Below are positions 27,477-36,850 of a stretch of 61,460 nt of DNA, piece after piece (the first letter of the stretch is position 1; every line of letters begins with the position of its first letter). Position numbers and translations under genes: made by a program. Source of the stretch: a virus (taxonomy: Duplodnaviria; Caudoviricetes); IMG/VR virus record IMGVR_UViG_3300025674_000039, positions 1-61,460 of that record; one strand, written 5' to 3'. The notes beneath the pieces are model-generated. The model ran no database searches, was not told where the DNA came from, and worked only from the letters and a program-made list of their open reading frames with translations.

Positions 27477-30400
27477 ATGCCAAGATATCTATCCGGACGC
27501 ACTAGAACATCAGATTCAGAGAGATTAACTGATGATAGATATGATTACCTATCTCTAGGTGATGCTGAACCTAACCTTGGTAATCCAGTATCGCCAGGAG
27601 ATATAGTTCCTGTTGGTCAGCAATATCAAATTATTTCTATCCAAGGATATCCAGGAGAGAGATATTGGGTTCCTCGCGGTGGTGGAATTCTTCCAGGATC
27701 GATATCTGTATTTGATGAAGATGTATTGGTCGGTGGACTTAGTAGTACCACTCAATTAAATTTTACTGGAAGTGCTATTCAGGCAGTAGGATCTAATACT
27801 GGATTACCTAATCCAGGTATTGCCGTAACCATTGCATTTGCTCCTCCTGGGAATAATGGAGAAGTTTTATTCAAGGAATCTGGAGATTTTGCGACATCTA
27901 CAGGTTTAACTTTTGATATATCTGAAGAATATCTTGGTATTGGTGGTTCTATATCTGTAGGGGCAGATCGTAGTGTATTCAATGCGGGTACAAATAATGC
28001 AGGAATTGCTAGTGTAGGTATCAACACAGCATCACCAACATATACTTTAGACATTAATGGTGATGTTAGAATAAGAGGGACAATCGTTGACTTCAATGGT
28101 AACGAAGGAACTCCTTCTCAACTTTTAACTAAGAATATTTTTGGTGGACTGACCTGGATAGATTCTGGTGCTCTTCCATCTGCTGCTGGTGGTTATTATA
28201 GAACAGTTCAGTTCCATAATAACGTTGGTCTGGTTGATGGTGCTCTAGAGTTTGTATACAATGATGTTCAGGGATCTGTAGGTATTGGTAGCACTATTCC
28301 TAAAACTGGTAAGCGTTTAGATGTTTTAGGAGATTCTGTATTTACTGGCAACATAGAAATTGTTGGTGTTCTTACTGCCACTGATCTAGAAACTACAGAT
28401 CTTGGTGTATCCGGAATTGCTACTGCAAATCGACTGACTGTCTTTGGCGATGCTGGATTCGAAGATATTGATGCTAGACACGGTGCTTATACTGGAATTG
28501 TAACAGCAGCGAAGTTTGTTGGTGATATTGATGTTGTTGATCTATTCGTTACTGGTATTGCAAGTTTCAATAATATCGGTGCAACTGGTATTATTACGAC
28601 AAATCAGTTAACTGTTTATGATGCTGCTAATTTTCAAGGAAGCACTACTATTGAACGACTAAATGTCACTGAGTTTCTTGAAACTCTTGCTTTTAGAGCA
28701 ACTGGTGTTTCCACTATTGGAAGTATAAAAGTTGAGAATAGTACTTTATCTACTAATGCAGGAAATATTATTATCAATTCAGGTGGTGGTGGAATACTTC
28801 AAGTTATTGACCCACTATTTGTTGATAATGCTACTCAATCTACCAGTTCTGGTACAGGATCAATCATTACTCTTGGTGGAGTTGGAATTGCCAAGAATTT
28901 GAATGTAGATGGTGAAGTAAAATTAGCAACTAATGGCGGAATCACAACCACTGGTGGTGATCTTTATGTTGACGGTGATTTATATGTTACTGATGATGTA
29001 TTTTACGATGAACTCAATGCTAACAGAGGAGAATTTGTAGAATATCTTCAAACAGATGATTTTTATGTAACTGGAGTATCTACTTTCTTAGGAAATGTCT
29101 ACATGGATGGTAGAGAGATTGGAATCTCTACCTTCATAGATAACAAGACAGTATGGGATCAAAGAAATACTGATGGAACTACTCATGATACGAGTAGTGT
29201 AGTATCTTTATCTGCTGCTTCTGCATTTGTTTGGAACAATAAAGATCCTTCTGGAATCAATACTACATTAACCATTACGGGTTGGTGGGATGATAATGCA
29301 TATATTGATAATAGATCTGCAAATGGAGAAATAATTTTTAGAACTGGATTTACTGAAGAAACACCATTAACAAGTATTCCAGATTTACTAATTGATGCTA
29401 ATGGAAATATTGGTATCGGAACAGATAATGCGGCAGACAAGTTACAAGTTGACGGAAATATACTTCCCACTAAGGATGGGACATATAATGTTGGATCACC
29501 AACACTCCGTTGGAATACTATCTTTGCGACAACTCTAAACGGAACTCTAACTGGTACTGCAGATAATTCTAATAATGTTCTTACTCAAAGTAGTAATACT
29601 AATTCTTCTTTCTATCTGACATTTGTTAATAGTGATAATAGTCCTGCAGCATTTGAGCAAGTATTTACTGATAGCGACTTATCATATAACCCATCTACAA
29701 ATACCTTAAGTGGAACAAATGCATTATTCATAAACAATTTTGAAGTACAAGGAAATTCCACTTTCGGTAATGCTAGTACAGATACAGTTTCTTTCCAAGC
29801 ATCTCTGAATAGCGACTTACTCCCAAATGCTGATGGTACAAGGAAGATTGGTAATACTTTGTTTAGATATGATGAAATTCATGCTATAGATTTCTTTGGA
29901 AACATCAGTGGAACATCAAGTAATGCTAATAATGTTCTTACGATAGAAGATACCAGCAACAATGACTTCCATCTAACTTTTGTTGTCGATAACAATACTC
30001 CTAATGGAAATTTTGAAGCAGTAAAAACAAATGCAAATCTCACATATAATCCTGCAACTGGAGATGTACGCACAACAGGAGATATTGTTTCCGGAAAGGA
30101 TAGTGGTGGAGTTTCATTAACTATCAACGATGGTTATGGAGATGCTAATATTGCATTTAACCATCAAAATGGAATTCCAGAGCAAGCTGGAAACTCTGCA
30201 AGAATTCAAGTCAATACTGATTCTAATGGCAATGCCAGAATGGACTTTGGTATTAAGTCCAGTGTTGGTGCTGGTGTAGCAGTAACACCTGATTACATCA
30301 TGAGAATTCAAGATGGTGTCATTCAACCATTTGGAGATGCTGCTATCGACTTTGGTACGGCATCATTGCGTTGGAAAGATGTTTATGCCCAGAACTTTAT

Positions 30401-33400
30401 TGGAAATGTTACTGGAACTACTGACAGTGCAAATAAAGTTCTAGTTACTGCTTCTAATTCTAATGCAGCTCACTTTATTACTTTTGTAGATAGTAATAAT
30501 GCCTCTCCAGGTGATTCTGAGGCGGTTTATAGTGATACTAATTTACAGTATAATCCAAGTACAAATACTTTACAAACGACTGATTTACTTGTCACTGGTG
30601 ATTTTGATGTAAATGGAAATGTTGATTTAGGTAATGCTGCATCAGACACTATCAGTTTCAATGGAACTGTAGATACAAATATTTTACCAACTACAGATAG
30701 TACAGTTGATCTTGGAAGCAATACTGTAAGATGGGCAACTATCTATGCAGATACCTTTGATGGCACATTCTCAGGAACAGCAGACAATGCCAATAACATT
30801 CTAACTGGTGCTAACGATACAAATGCAAACTTCTATCTGACCTTTGTAGATAGTAATAATTCTACGGCAGCATTTGAATCGTTATCGACCGATGCTAACA
30901 TCACATATAATCCAAACTCAAATACATTATCAGTTTCCAACTTAACTGTAAATGAATTACTTTCTGCAACTGGAGATGTTGATCTTGGTGATCAAGCTTC
31001 CGATACTGTTTCAATCATTGGTCGTGTTGACACAAATATTATTCCAAGTACAGATAATACTTTGGATCTTGGATCATCTACCCTTAAGTATGCAAACGTT
31101 TATGCAACAACCTTTAATGGAGCATTCCAAGGTACTGCTGATTCTGCAAACACTGTATTAACAGTCACTAATACCACTGATGCTAATTTCTTCCTTACAT
31201 TTGTAGATAGTAATAATTCAGCACCTGGTCAGAATGAAGCAGTATATACTGATTCTAATATCGTATATAATCCAAATGATAATGCTCTGACAATACCAAA
31301 TATTAATGTCAGTACAGAACTGAGTGTTTCTGGAAACACTACTCTTGGTAGTGATATTTCAGATTCAGTAACATTCAATGCTGGTGTAGAAACAATACTG
31401 CCATTTGCAGATTCGTCCTATGATATTGGATCTAGCAGTGAACGCTTTGCTACAATTTATGCAGATACCTTCAATGGAACATTCCAAGGAACTGCTGATT
31501 CAGCACTACAAGTTAGAACTACTACAAATGCTACTAGTGGAACTTTCTATCTAACATTCGTTGATAGTAATAACACTGCTCCAGGCACTAATGAAAATGT
31601 ATACACTGATGCTGGAATAACTTATAATCCAAATTCAAATCTTCTAACTATTGCCAATGTACAAGTAACCACGAATCTTGAATCTCGCGGAAACACTACT
31701 TTAGGCAATGCTAATACTGATAATGTGACCTTTACTGCCCGTGTTGACAGTAATATCAGACCACAAACTGATGATACCTATGATCTTGGAAGTTCAACCA
31801 GGAGATGGGGAAATGTTTATGCAACGACATTCAATGGTGCCTTCGCAGGAACTGCAGATGATGCCGATCAAATTGCTGTAGTAGATAATTCTGATGATGC
31901 TAGCTTCAACTTAATATTCGTAGATCAGAGTGCTGATTCATATAAGTCAGTTTATCAAGATGCTGGAATTACTTACAATCCATCTACAAATCTTGCTACG
32001 ATTTCAAATCTGACTGTAAGTACAACCGCAAACTTAAATGGTGATACTGATTTAGGCAATGCTGATACTGATACTGTAACCTTTACTGCCCGTGTTGACA
32101 GTAATATCGTTCCTAGTGCAGATGTAACATACAGTCTTGGATCTGCTTCTTTACGTTGGGATAATGTATATGCAAATACATTCAATGGAACATTTCAAGG
32201 AACTGCAGGTAGTGCATCAGAAATTATTGTTACTGATGACGCCACAAATACTAATTATGTTTTACTTTTCTCTGAAGGATCAAATACTGGAGGTGTTCAA
32301 AGATCTGTTAAGAGTGATGGTGATATTACCTATAATCCTTCTACAAATACCTTATCAACTAGTAATATTACTTCTGTTGGAACTCTTAATGCACAGGGTG
32401 ATGTAATTATTGGTCAGTCAAATACTGAAACTCTTACAGTTAATGCCTATGTGGGCACTGATCTTATTCCAGATCAACCTGGTACACGTAATTTAGGAGA
32501 TGTAACTAATAAGTGGGATACTGTTTTTGCAAATACTTTTAACGGTACATTTACAGGAACTGCAGACATTACAGAACAAGTTATTATTGGAACTAATACA
32601 ACTAATGCTACCTTCTATTTAACTTTTGTCGATAGTGATAACAGTCCTGCAGCAGCAGAAACAATTTATAGTGATGATGCAATAACCTATAATCCATTTA
32701 CGGCTACTTTAGGTACAACAAATCTAACTTTAAGTGGAAATCTTATTGCCAATGGAAATACTGATATTGGAGATGACGTTGGTGATACTTTAAGTATTAA
32801 TGCAAGTGTAGATACTAATATTATTCCTGATACAGATGGTATTCGTAATTTAGGATCACCTTCAGTTAAATGGGGTACAGTTTATGCGGATAATTTCAAT
32901 GGAACAATTTCTGGAAGTGTAGCGTCTGCTGACGCAGTTCTTACTGGAGCAAATGGAACCAATGCAGATCTGTATATAACATTTGTTCTTGACAATAATG
33001 CTGCTAATGATAGACAAGCAGAAGATCTGTATACAGATGACGCACTGAAATACAATCCAAATGATAATCTACTCACTCTTAGAAAACTTACGGTAGAAAA
33101 TAATGTAACCCTTGGTGATGCCGCTACAGATGAAATTGCCTTTAATGGAAGTTCTAGTACAAACTTTGTTCCATTAACAGATAGTACATATGATTTAGGA
33201 ACTGCCTCTAATAAGTGGGCTACTGTTTATGCAGATACCTTTAACGGAACTTTCTCAGGAACTGCAGATCAAGCTGATGCCATACTAACTGTTGCCAGTA
33301 ATTCATCTGGAGATTTTTATATAACCTTTGTTGATAGTAACAATACCACCGCAGATTATGAATCAGTTAGCACAAATAGCAATTTCAAATATGTTCCTAC

Positions 33401-34391
33401 TACCGAAACTTTAGAGACAAGTAATGTATCAGCTTCTACAAGAGTAACTGCTGGTGATGGTGGTGGTGCAGTTGCTTTGACCATCAATGACGGTGGCGGA
33501 AATGCAAACGTAACCTTCAACCATGCTGGAACAGCTCCAGATAAGACAGGAAATGCTGGTAGAATCAGCGTAAATGTTGATTCTACAACTGATCCAAGAA
33601 TGAACTTTGAGGTTGCTGCAAACCTCACAGCAGATATTCCTGCTAATACAACTGAAATTGCACATGTTGCTTCGACAGGTTTCCATCCTGGAGCAGATTC
33701 AACTTATAATCTTGGGGAATCAGATAATAAGTGGGATAACATCTATGTCAATAGCATAAATGGAGCAAATATTGGTGGTGGTGGAGGAGGACTCGGAGGA
33801 CTTCCATCTGGAACAAGATTAGCATTCCAGCAAGCTGCTGCTCCAACTGGATGGACAGTCGATACTACATATGATAACTATGCAATTCGACTGCGTGATG
33901 GAACGGGAACTTTAGGTAGCCGAACAAACGGCATCTCATTTACCGCAGCATTTGCTAATAGAACTGTGGTCCTACCAAGGCACCAACACTCTGGTACATC
34001 TGATAATGCAGATACAAACCACACTCACACTGGTACTACAAGTAACCAGAATAGCAATCACACTCACGCTGGTACTACAAACAACGATTCTCCTGATCAC
34101 AGCCACGGAATGAACAACTTCCCTAACAGGAATGTTGAGCGTGGTAATAGAGGTAATCGATCTGCAAGAGATGAACAAAGAGGAACTAGAGCTTCTGACG
34201 GTGCAAGTACTAGACACACACACGGATTCGCAACTGGTGGTATCAGTAGCAACCACAGTCACACATTTACTACTAGTGGTCAAGACCAGAGTCACACGCA
34301 CACATTTGATTCATCATTTGAAGGAACGAATGGTGCTGCAATGGACTTCCGAGTTAACTATGTTGACTTCATTATCGCACAGAAAAATTAA
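27477..34391 (+). CDS. long tail fibre (2304 aa) with repetitive shaft, collar and His-rich tip
   Basis: 11 repeats of about 117 aa; PSGTRLAFQQAAAPTGW collar; HxH-rich C-terminus; followed by chaperone genes. Confidence 0.9.
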   Translation: MPRYLSGRTRTSDSERLTDDRYDYLSLGDAEPNLGNPVSPGDIVPVGQQYQIISIQGYPGERYWVPRGGGILPGSISVFDEDVLVGGLSSTTQLNFTGSAIQAVGSNTGLPNPGIAVTIAFAPPGNNGEVLFKESGDFATSTGLTFDISEEYLGIGGSISVGADRSVFNAGTNNAGIASVGINTASPTYTLDINGDVRIRGTIVDFNGNEGTPSQLLTKNIFGGLTWIDSGALPSAAGGYYRTVQFHNNVGLVDGALEFVYNDVQGSVGIGSTIPKTGKRLDVLGDSVFTGNIEIVGVLTATDLETTDLGVSGIATANRLTVFGDAGFEDIDARHGAYTGIVTAAKFVGDIDVVDLFVTGIASFNNIGATGIITTNQLTVYDAANFQGSTTIERLNVTEFLETLAFRATGVSTIGSIKVENSTLSTNAGNIIINSGGGGILQVIDPLFVDNATQSTSSGTGSIITLGGVGIAKNLNVDGEVKLATNGGITTTGGDLYVDGDLYVTDDVFYDELNANRGEFVEYLQTDDFYVTGVSTFLGNVYMDGREIGISTFIDNKTVWDQRNTDGTTHDTSSVVSLSAASAFVWNNKDPSGINTTLTITGWWDDNAYIDNRSANGEIIFRTGFTEETPLTSIPDLLIDANGNIGIGTDNAADKLQVDGNILPTKDGTYNVGSPTLRWNTIFATTLNGTLTGTADNSNNVLTQSSNTNSSFYLTFVNSDNSPAAFEQVFTDSDLSYNPSTNTLSGTNALFINNFEVQGNSTFGNASTDTVSFQASLNSDLLPNADGTRKIGNTLFRYDEIHAIDFFGNISGTSSNANNVLTIEDTSNNDFHLTFVVDNNTPNGNFEAVKTNANLTYNPATGDVRTTGDIVSGKDSGGVSLTINDGYGDANIAFNHQNGIPEQAGNSARIQVNTDSNGNARMDFGIKSSVGAGVAVTPDYIMRIQDGVIQPFGDAAIDFGTASLRWKDVYAQNFIGNVTGTTDSANKVLVTASNSNAAHFITFVDSNNASPGDSEAVYSDTNLQYNPSTNTLQTTDLLVTGDFDVNGNVDLGNAASDTISFNGTVDTNILPTTDSTVDLGSNTVRWATIYADTFDGTFSGTADNANNILTGANDTNANFYLTFVDSNNSTAAFESLSTDANITYNPNSNTLSVSNLTVNELLSATGDVDLGDQASDTVSIIGRVDTNIIPSTDNTLDLGSSTLKYANVYATTFNGAFQGTADSANTVLTVTNTTDANFFLTFVDSNNSAPGQNEAVYTDSNIVYNPNDNALTIPNINVSTELSVSGNTTLGSDISDSVTFNAGVETILPFADSSYDIGSSSERFATIYADTFNGTFQGTADSALQVRTTTNATSGTFYLTFVDSNNTAPGTNENVYTDAGITYNPNSNLLTIANVQVTTNLESRGNTTLGNANTDNVTFTARVDSNIRPQTDDTYDLGSSTRRWGNVYATTFNGAFAGTADDADQIAVVDNSDDASFNLIFVDQSADSYKSVYQDAGITYNPSTNLATISNLTVSTTANLNGDTDLGNADTDTVTFTARVDSNIVPSADVTYSLGSASLRWDNVYANTFNGTFQGTAGSASEIIVTDDATNTNYVLLFSEGSNTGGVQRSVKSDGDITYNPSTNTLSTSNITSVGTLNAQGDVIIGQSNTETLTVNAYVGTDLIPDQPGTRNLGDVTNKWDTVFANTFNGTFTGTADITEQVIIGTNTTNATFYLTFVDSDNSPAAAETIYSDDAITYNPFTATLGTTNLTLSGNLIANGNTDIGDDVGDTLSINASVDTNIIPDTDGIRNLGSPSVKWGTVYADNFNGTISGSVASADAVLTGANGTNADLYITFVLDNNAANDRQAEDLYTDDALKYNPNDNLLTLRKLTVENNVTLGDAATDEIAFNGSSSTNFVPLTDSTYDLGTASNKWATVYADTFNGTFSGTADQADAILTVASNSSGDFYITFVDSNNTTADYESVSTNSNFKYVPTTETLETSNVSASTRVTAGDGGGAVALTINDGGGNANVTFNHAGTAPDKTGNAGRISVNVDSTTDPRMNFEVAANLTADIPANTTEIAHVASTGFHPGADSTYNLGESDNKWDNIYVNSINGANIGGGGGGLGGLPSGTRLAFQQAAAPTGWTVDTTYDNYAIRLRDGTGTLGSRTNGISFTAAFANRTVVLPRHQHSGTSDNADTNHTHTGTTSNQNSNHTHAGTTNNDSPDHSHGMNNFPNRNVERGNRGNRSARDEQRGTRASDGASTRHTHGFATGGISSNHSHTFTTSGQDQSHTHTFDSSFEGTNGAAMDFRVNYVDFIIAQKN
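29560..33440 (+). repeat. 11 repeats of about 117 aa in the fibre shaft
   Basis: Recurring FYLTFVDSNN...TYNP...DLGS...W..YA.TF.G; boundaries approximate. Confidence 0.85.
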
Positions 34392-34408
34392 TTTAGGAGT
34401 ATAAAATT

Positions 34409-35047
34409 ATGGCAGACATCTACGCAAATCAGAATACATCTATACTTGCAGTGAACAATCACTTCTTCTATGATCTTGAAGATGAATTATCTTTTATGCC
34501 TGAGGAAATTCATGAAGTTCGTTGGAACGGGACGGATGGTGAAATTAGATATGATGATGGAAGATTAGAACCAATTACCGAACTTGAAAATGAGGAAACT
34601 TATATTTCAGTTTTTAATACATTAAGAGCTGCAGAATTAGCGGCAAAACCAGTTCCCCCTGCTTCTGGAGAAGGTTGGGAACCACAAGCAGAAGTACCGA
34701 CAATGGAATTAGTTGATGTCGAGGCATTTTTAGCACAATGGGAACAAGATAACCCAACCAATCCTATCGTTCAACCCACCCCAACTCCAACTCCTGCTCC
34801 AGAATTAACTTTTGAACAAATTTCTGAAAATTTTAGACGCAATAGAAATAAACTCTTACAATCGTCTGATTGGACACAACTTCCTGGTTCTCCATTGACT
34901 GATGCTAAAAAGGCAGAGTGGGAAGCATATAGAGTTCTATTAAGAGATGCACCAGTTGGTATATCAACATCTCTCTGGGGACCTATGGCAGATAGGATTA
35001 CTGAGGATTGGGAAAATAATCCAAACTGGCCTACAAAACCTTCATAA
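34409..35047 (+). CDS. tail fibre assembly chaperone
   Basis: RRNRNKLLQSSDWTQLP...WEAYRVLLRD...NWPTKP. Confidence 0.85.
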   Translation: MADIYANQNTSILAVNNHFFYDLEDELSFMPEEIHEVRWNGTDGEIRYDDGRLEPITELENEETYISVFNTLRAAELAAKPVPPASGEGWEPQAEVPTMELVDVEAFLAQWEQDNPTNPIVQPTPTPTPAPELTFEQISENFRRNRNKLLQSSDWTQLPGSPLTDAKKAEWEAYRVLLRDAPVGISTSLWGPMADRITEDWENNPNWPTKPS

Positions 35048-35070
35048 ATTATTATAGTAATACAAATATC

Positions 35071-35406
35071 ATGAAAATTGAGCAGGGAACTTTTTGTCCT
35101 TTAATTCAAGGACCGTGTAAAAAACTTGAGTGTGCCTGGTTTACCAGAGTTGCTGGAACTAATCCAAACACTGGAGAACAAATTGAAGAATGGAACTGTG
35201 CAGTTACTCTGATGCCAATGTTGCAGATTGAAACATCTCAATCAATGAGGGGGGCACAAGCTGCTACTGAATCATTTAGAAACGAAGTTGTAAAGGCAAA
35301 TCGGGAGAATCAACAACTTTACATTCAACAATCTGTTGCTAATGCTAAAAAAATTACTCCATTAAATCAACCAATAAATACTAACACTAACATCTTAGGA
35401 TATTGA
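35071..35406 (+). CDS. Cys-rich fibre-associated hypothetical protein
   Basis: CPL...C...CAW...C; AATESFRNEVV. Confidence 0.75.
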   Translation: MKIEQGTFCPLIQGPCKKLECAWFTRVAGTNPNTGEQIEEWNCAVTLMPMLQIETSQSMRGAQAATESFRNEVVKANRENQQLYIQQSVANAKKITPLNQPINTNTNILGY

Positions 35407-35413
35407 TAGAAAA

Positions 35414-35773
35414 ATGAGTATAGGCACAACATCAGTAGAAGAATATGATGGAGTAGAAATTGTCATCGAACCTTTCGATCCAAATTTGGTTATAAATCCC
35501 ATAGTAACTCCAATTGAAAATGACGAAGATGTAAAACCGGTTTTATTTACAGATTGGGAAGAGTTTAGAATAATGAGAAATGATAAATTGAGTGCATGTG
35601 ATTGGACTCAAATGGCAGATTCACCTCTTTCAGATTCCGAAAAGACAAGTTGGTCAACCTATCGACAGCAACTTAGAGATCTTCCATCATCCATAACGGA
35701 TCCAGTCCCTTTGATCAATGATCGTGATCATGCTAGTTGGCCGACTCCGCCGTTTACGCTCTGGTATCACTGA
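35414..35773 (+). CDS. tail fibre assembly chaperone
   Basis: RNDKLSACDWTQMADSPL...WSTYRQQLRDLP...WPTPP. Confidence 0.88.
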   Translation: MSIGTTSVEEYDGVEIVIEPFDPNLVINPIVTPIENDEDVKPVLFTDWEEFRIMRNDKLSACDWTQMADSPLSDSEKTSWSTYRQQLRDLPSSITDPVPLINDRDHASWPTPPFTLWYH

Positions 35774-35795
35774 ACCAGTTCTCAAACTGGACCAC

Positions 35796-35824
35796 TTGAC
35801 ACCTCCTGATCCACATGGTATGAT
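35796..35824 (+). promoter_or_regulatory. sigma70 promoter for the small-ORF/tRNA operon
   Basis: TTGACA-17-TATGAT with extended TG; preceded by a palindrome at 35772-35793. Confidence 0.85.
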
Positions 35825-35849
35825 TGATGGGTACAGGAGAGCGATTGCC

Positions 35850-36026
35850 ATGAACGAGTACGTCGAACAAGTCGTAGTTGACATTCCTACAAAATCCTTT
35901 TATCTTTTCAGCGATCTTGGAGATTCAAGGACGATCGAATGTGATACGACAACTGAGTTCATGAATATATTGGAGGTTTGTAATGCCAGCCTCCCAGAAG
36001 GAATGCTCACTTATACAAAGGTTTGA
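35850..36026 (+). CDS. hypothetical protein (58 aa)
   Basis: AGGAG SD; MNEYVEQVVVDIPTKSFYLFS. Confidence 0.75.
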   Translation: MNEYVEQVVVDIPTKSFYLFSDLGDSRTIECDTTTEFMNILEVCNASLPEGMLTYTKV

Positions 36027-36202
36027 TGGAAGTTTTTACGCTACAAGAATGGGAAGACAATTTTGATGAACTCTTCGCAAGAGTTGAAAATGGAGAAACC
36101 ATCGGAATTGTAAGAGAAGATGGTCAAGCAGCAGTCATGATGCCTGCTTCTGAAGCAGATTTTCTGCGAATACACACAGTAGGCAATAACGACGCTGATT
36201 AG
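36026..36202 (+). CDS. Phd/YefM antitoxin-like protein
   Basis: Hand translation MEVFTLQEWEDNFDELFARVENGETIGIVREDGQAAVMMP... fits the Phd N-terminal pattern. Confidence 0.75.
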   Translation: MEVFTLQEWEDNFDELFARVENGETIGIVREDGQAAVMMPASEADFLRIHTVGNNDAD

Positions 36203-36209
36203 TGTATTC

Positions 36210-36281
36210 GGGAATGTCGCCTAAAGGTAAAGGCCCTCTGCTTATAACGGAGTGATCTGGGTTCAAGTCCCAGCATTCCTA
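36210..36281 (+). tRNA. tRNA-Ile(UAU)
   Basis: Acceptor GGGAATG/CATTCCT; anticodon arm CTCTG-CTTATAA-CGGAG; TTCAAGT T-loop; no encoded CCA. Confidence 0.9.
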
Positions 36282-36284
36282 TTC

Positions 36285-36357
36285 GCAGGTCTAGCAATTT
36301 GGTAAATGCAGCGTTCTCATAAAGCGCCTAAAAAGAGTTCGATTCTCTTGACCTGCA
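36285..36357 (+). tRNA. tRNA with CAU anticodon (elongator Met or Ile2)
   Basis: GCAGGTC/GACCTGC; GCGTT-CTCATAA-AGCGC; lacks initiator features. Confidence 0.88.
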
Positions 36358-36362
36358 CCTAC

Positions 36363-36436
36363 GCCCGAGTGACCCAGCGGAATGAGGTTCTCGACTTAAA
36401 ATCGAGCAGTCGCGGGTTCGAATCCCGCCTCGGGTA
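36363..36436 (+). tRNA. tRNA-Leu(UAA) with short variable loop
   Basis: GCCCGAG/CTCGGGT; CTCGA-CTTAAAA-TCGAG; GCGGG-TTCGAAT-CCCGC. Confidence 0.9.
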
Positions 36437-36504
36437 TTTCTTAAAACGCAACCTTAAAAATAAGTAACACCGCACTATCTAAATACTTCCAGATGGGAAG
36501 TGCT

Positions 36505-36813
36505 ATGTCATATACAATACAGACAAAGAACTGCTGGTATAACAAGAGATCTGTTATAGTCCATATGTTCTTTCTTAATCATGTACCATTTACCTTTGAT
36601 GATCTTCCTGATGGGTACTTGTATGATAGGTTGATCGTTGAAGAAGCAGAAAGCAATATAAGTTACGAAATAGACGATATATACAGAGGATCTAATTATC
36701 TGATTCAAGAGCAATGTCATCCTTGCTTTGATGTGATAGAGATTACAAATCCAGAAAAATTGCCAGAAGAGATGCAAAGTTTCTACAATGGTGAAGAAGA
36801 TTTGTTTGGATAA
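36505..36813 (+). CDS. conserved cyanophage hypothetical protein
   Basis: MFFLNHVPFTFD...YLIQEQCHPCF; late-type CTAAATA at about 36479. Confidence 0.75.
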   Translation: MSYTIQTKNCWYNKRSVIVHMFFLNHVPFTFDDLPDGYLYDRLIVEEAESNISYEIDDIYRGSNYLIQEQCHPCFDVIEITNPEKLPEEMQSFYNGEEDLFG

Positions 36814-36850
36814 ATAAAGACATAGAACAGTAAACAGAAGTTGTAATACC

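Noticed and set aside
36285-36357. Initiator tRNA-fMet
   Set aside because: 1-72 is paired and the three consecutive G-C pairs in the anticodon stem are absent
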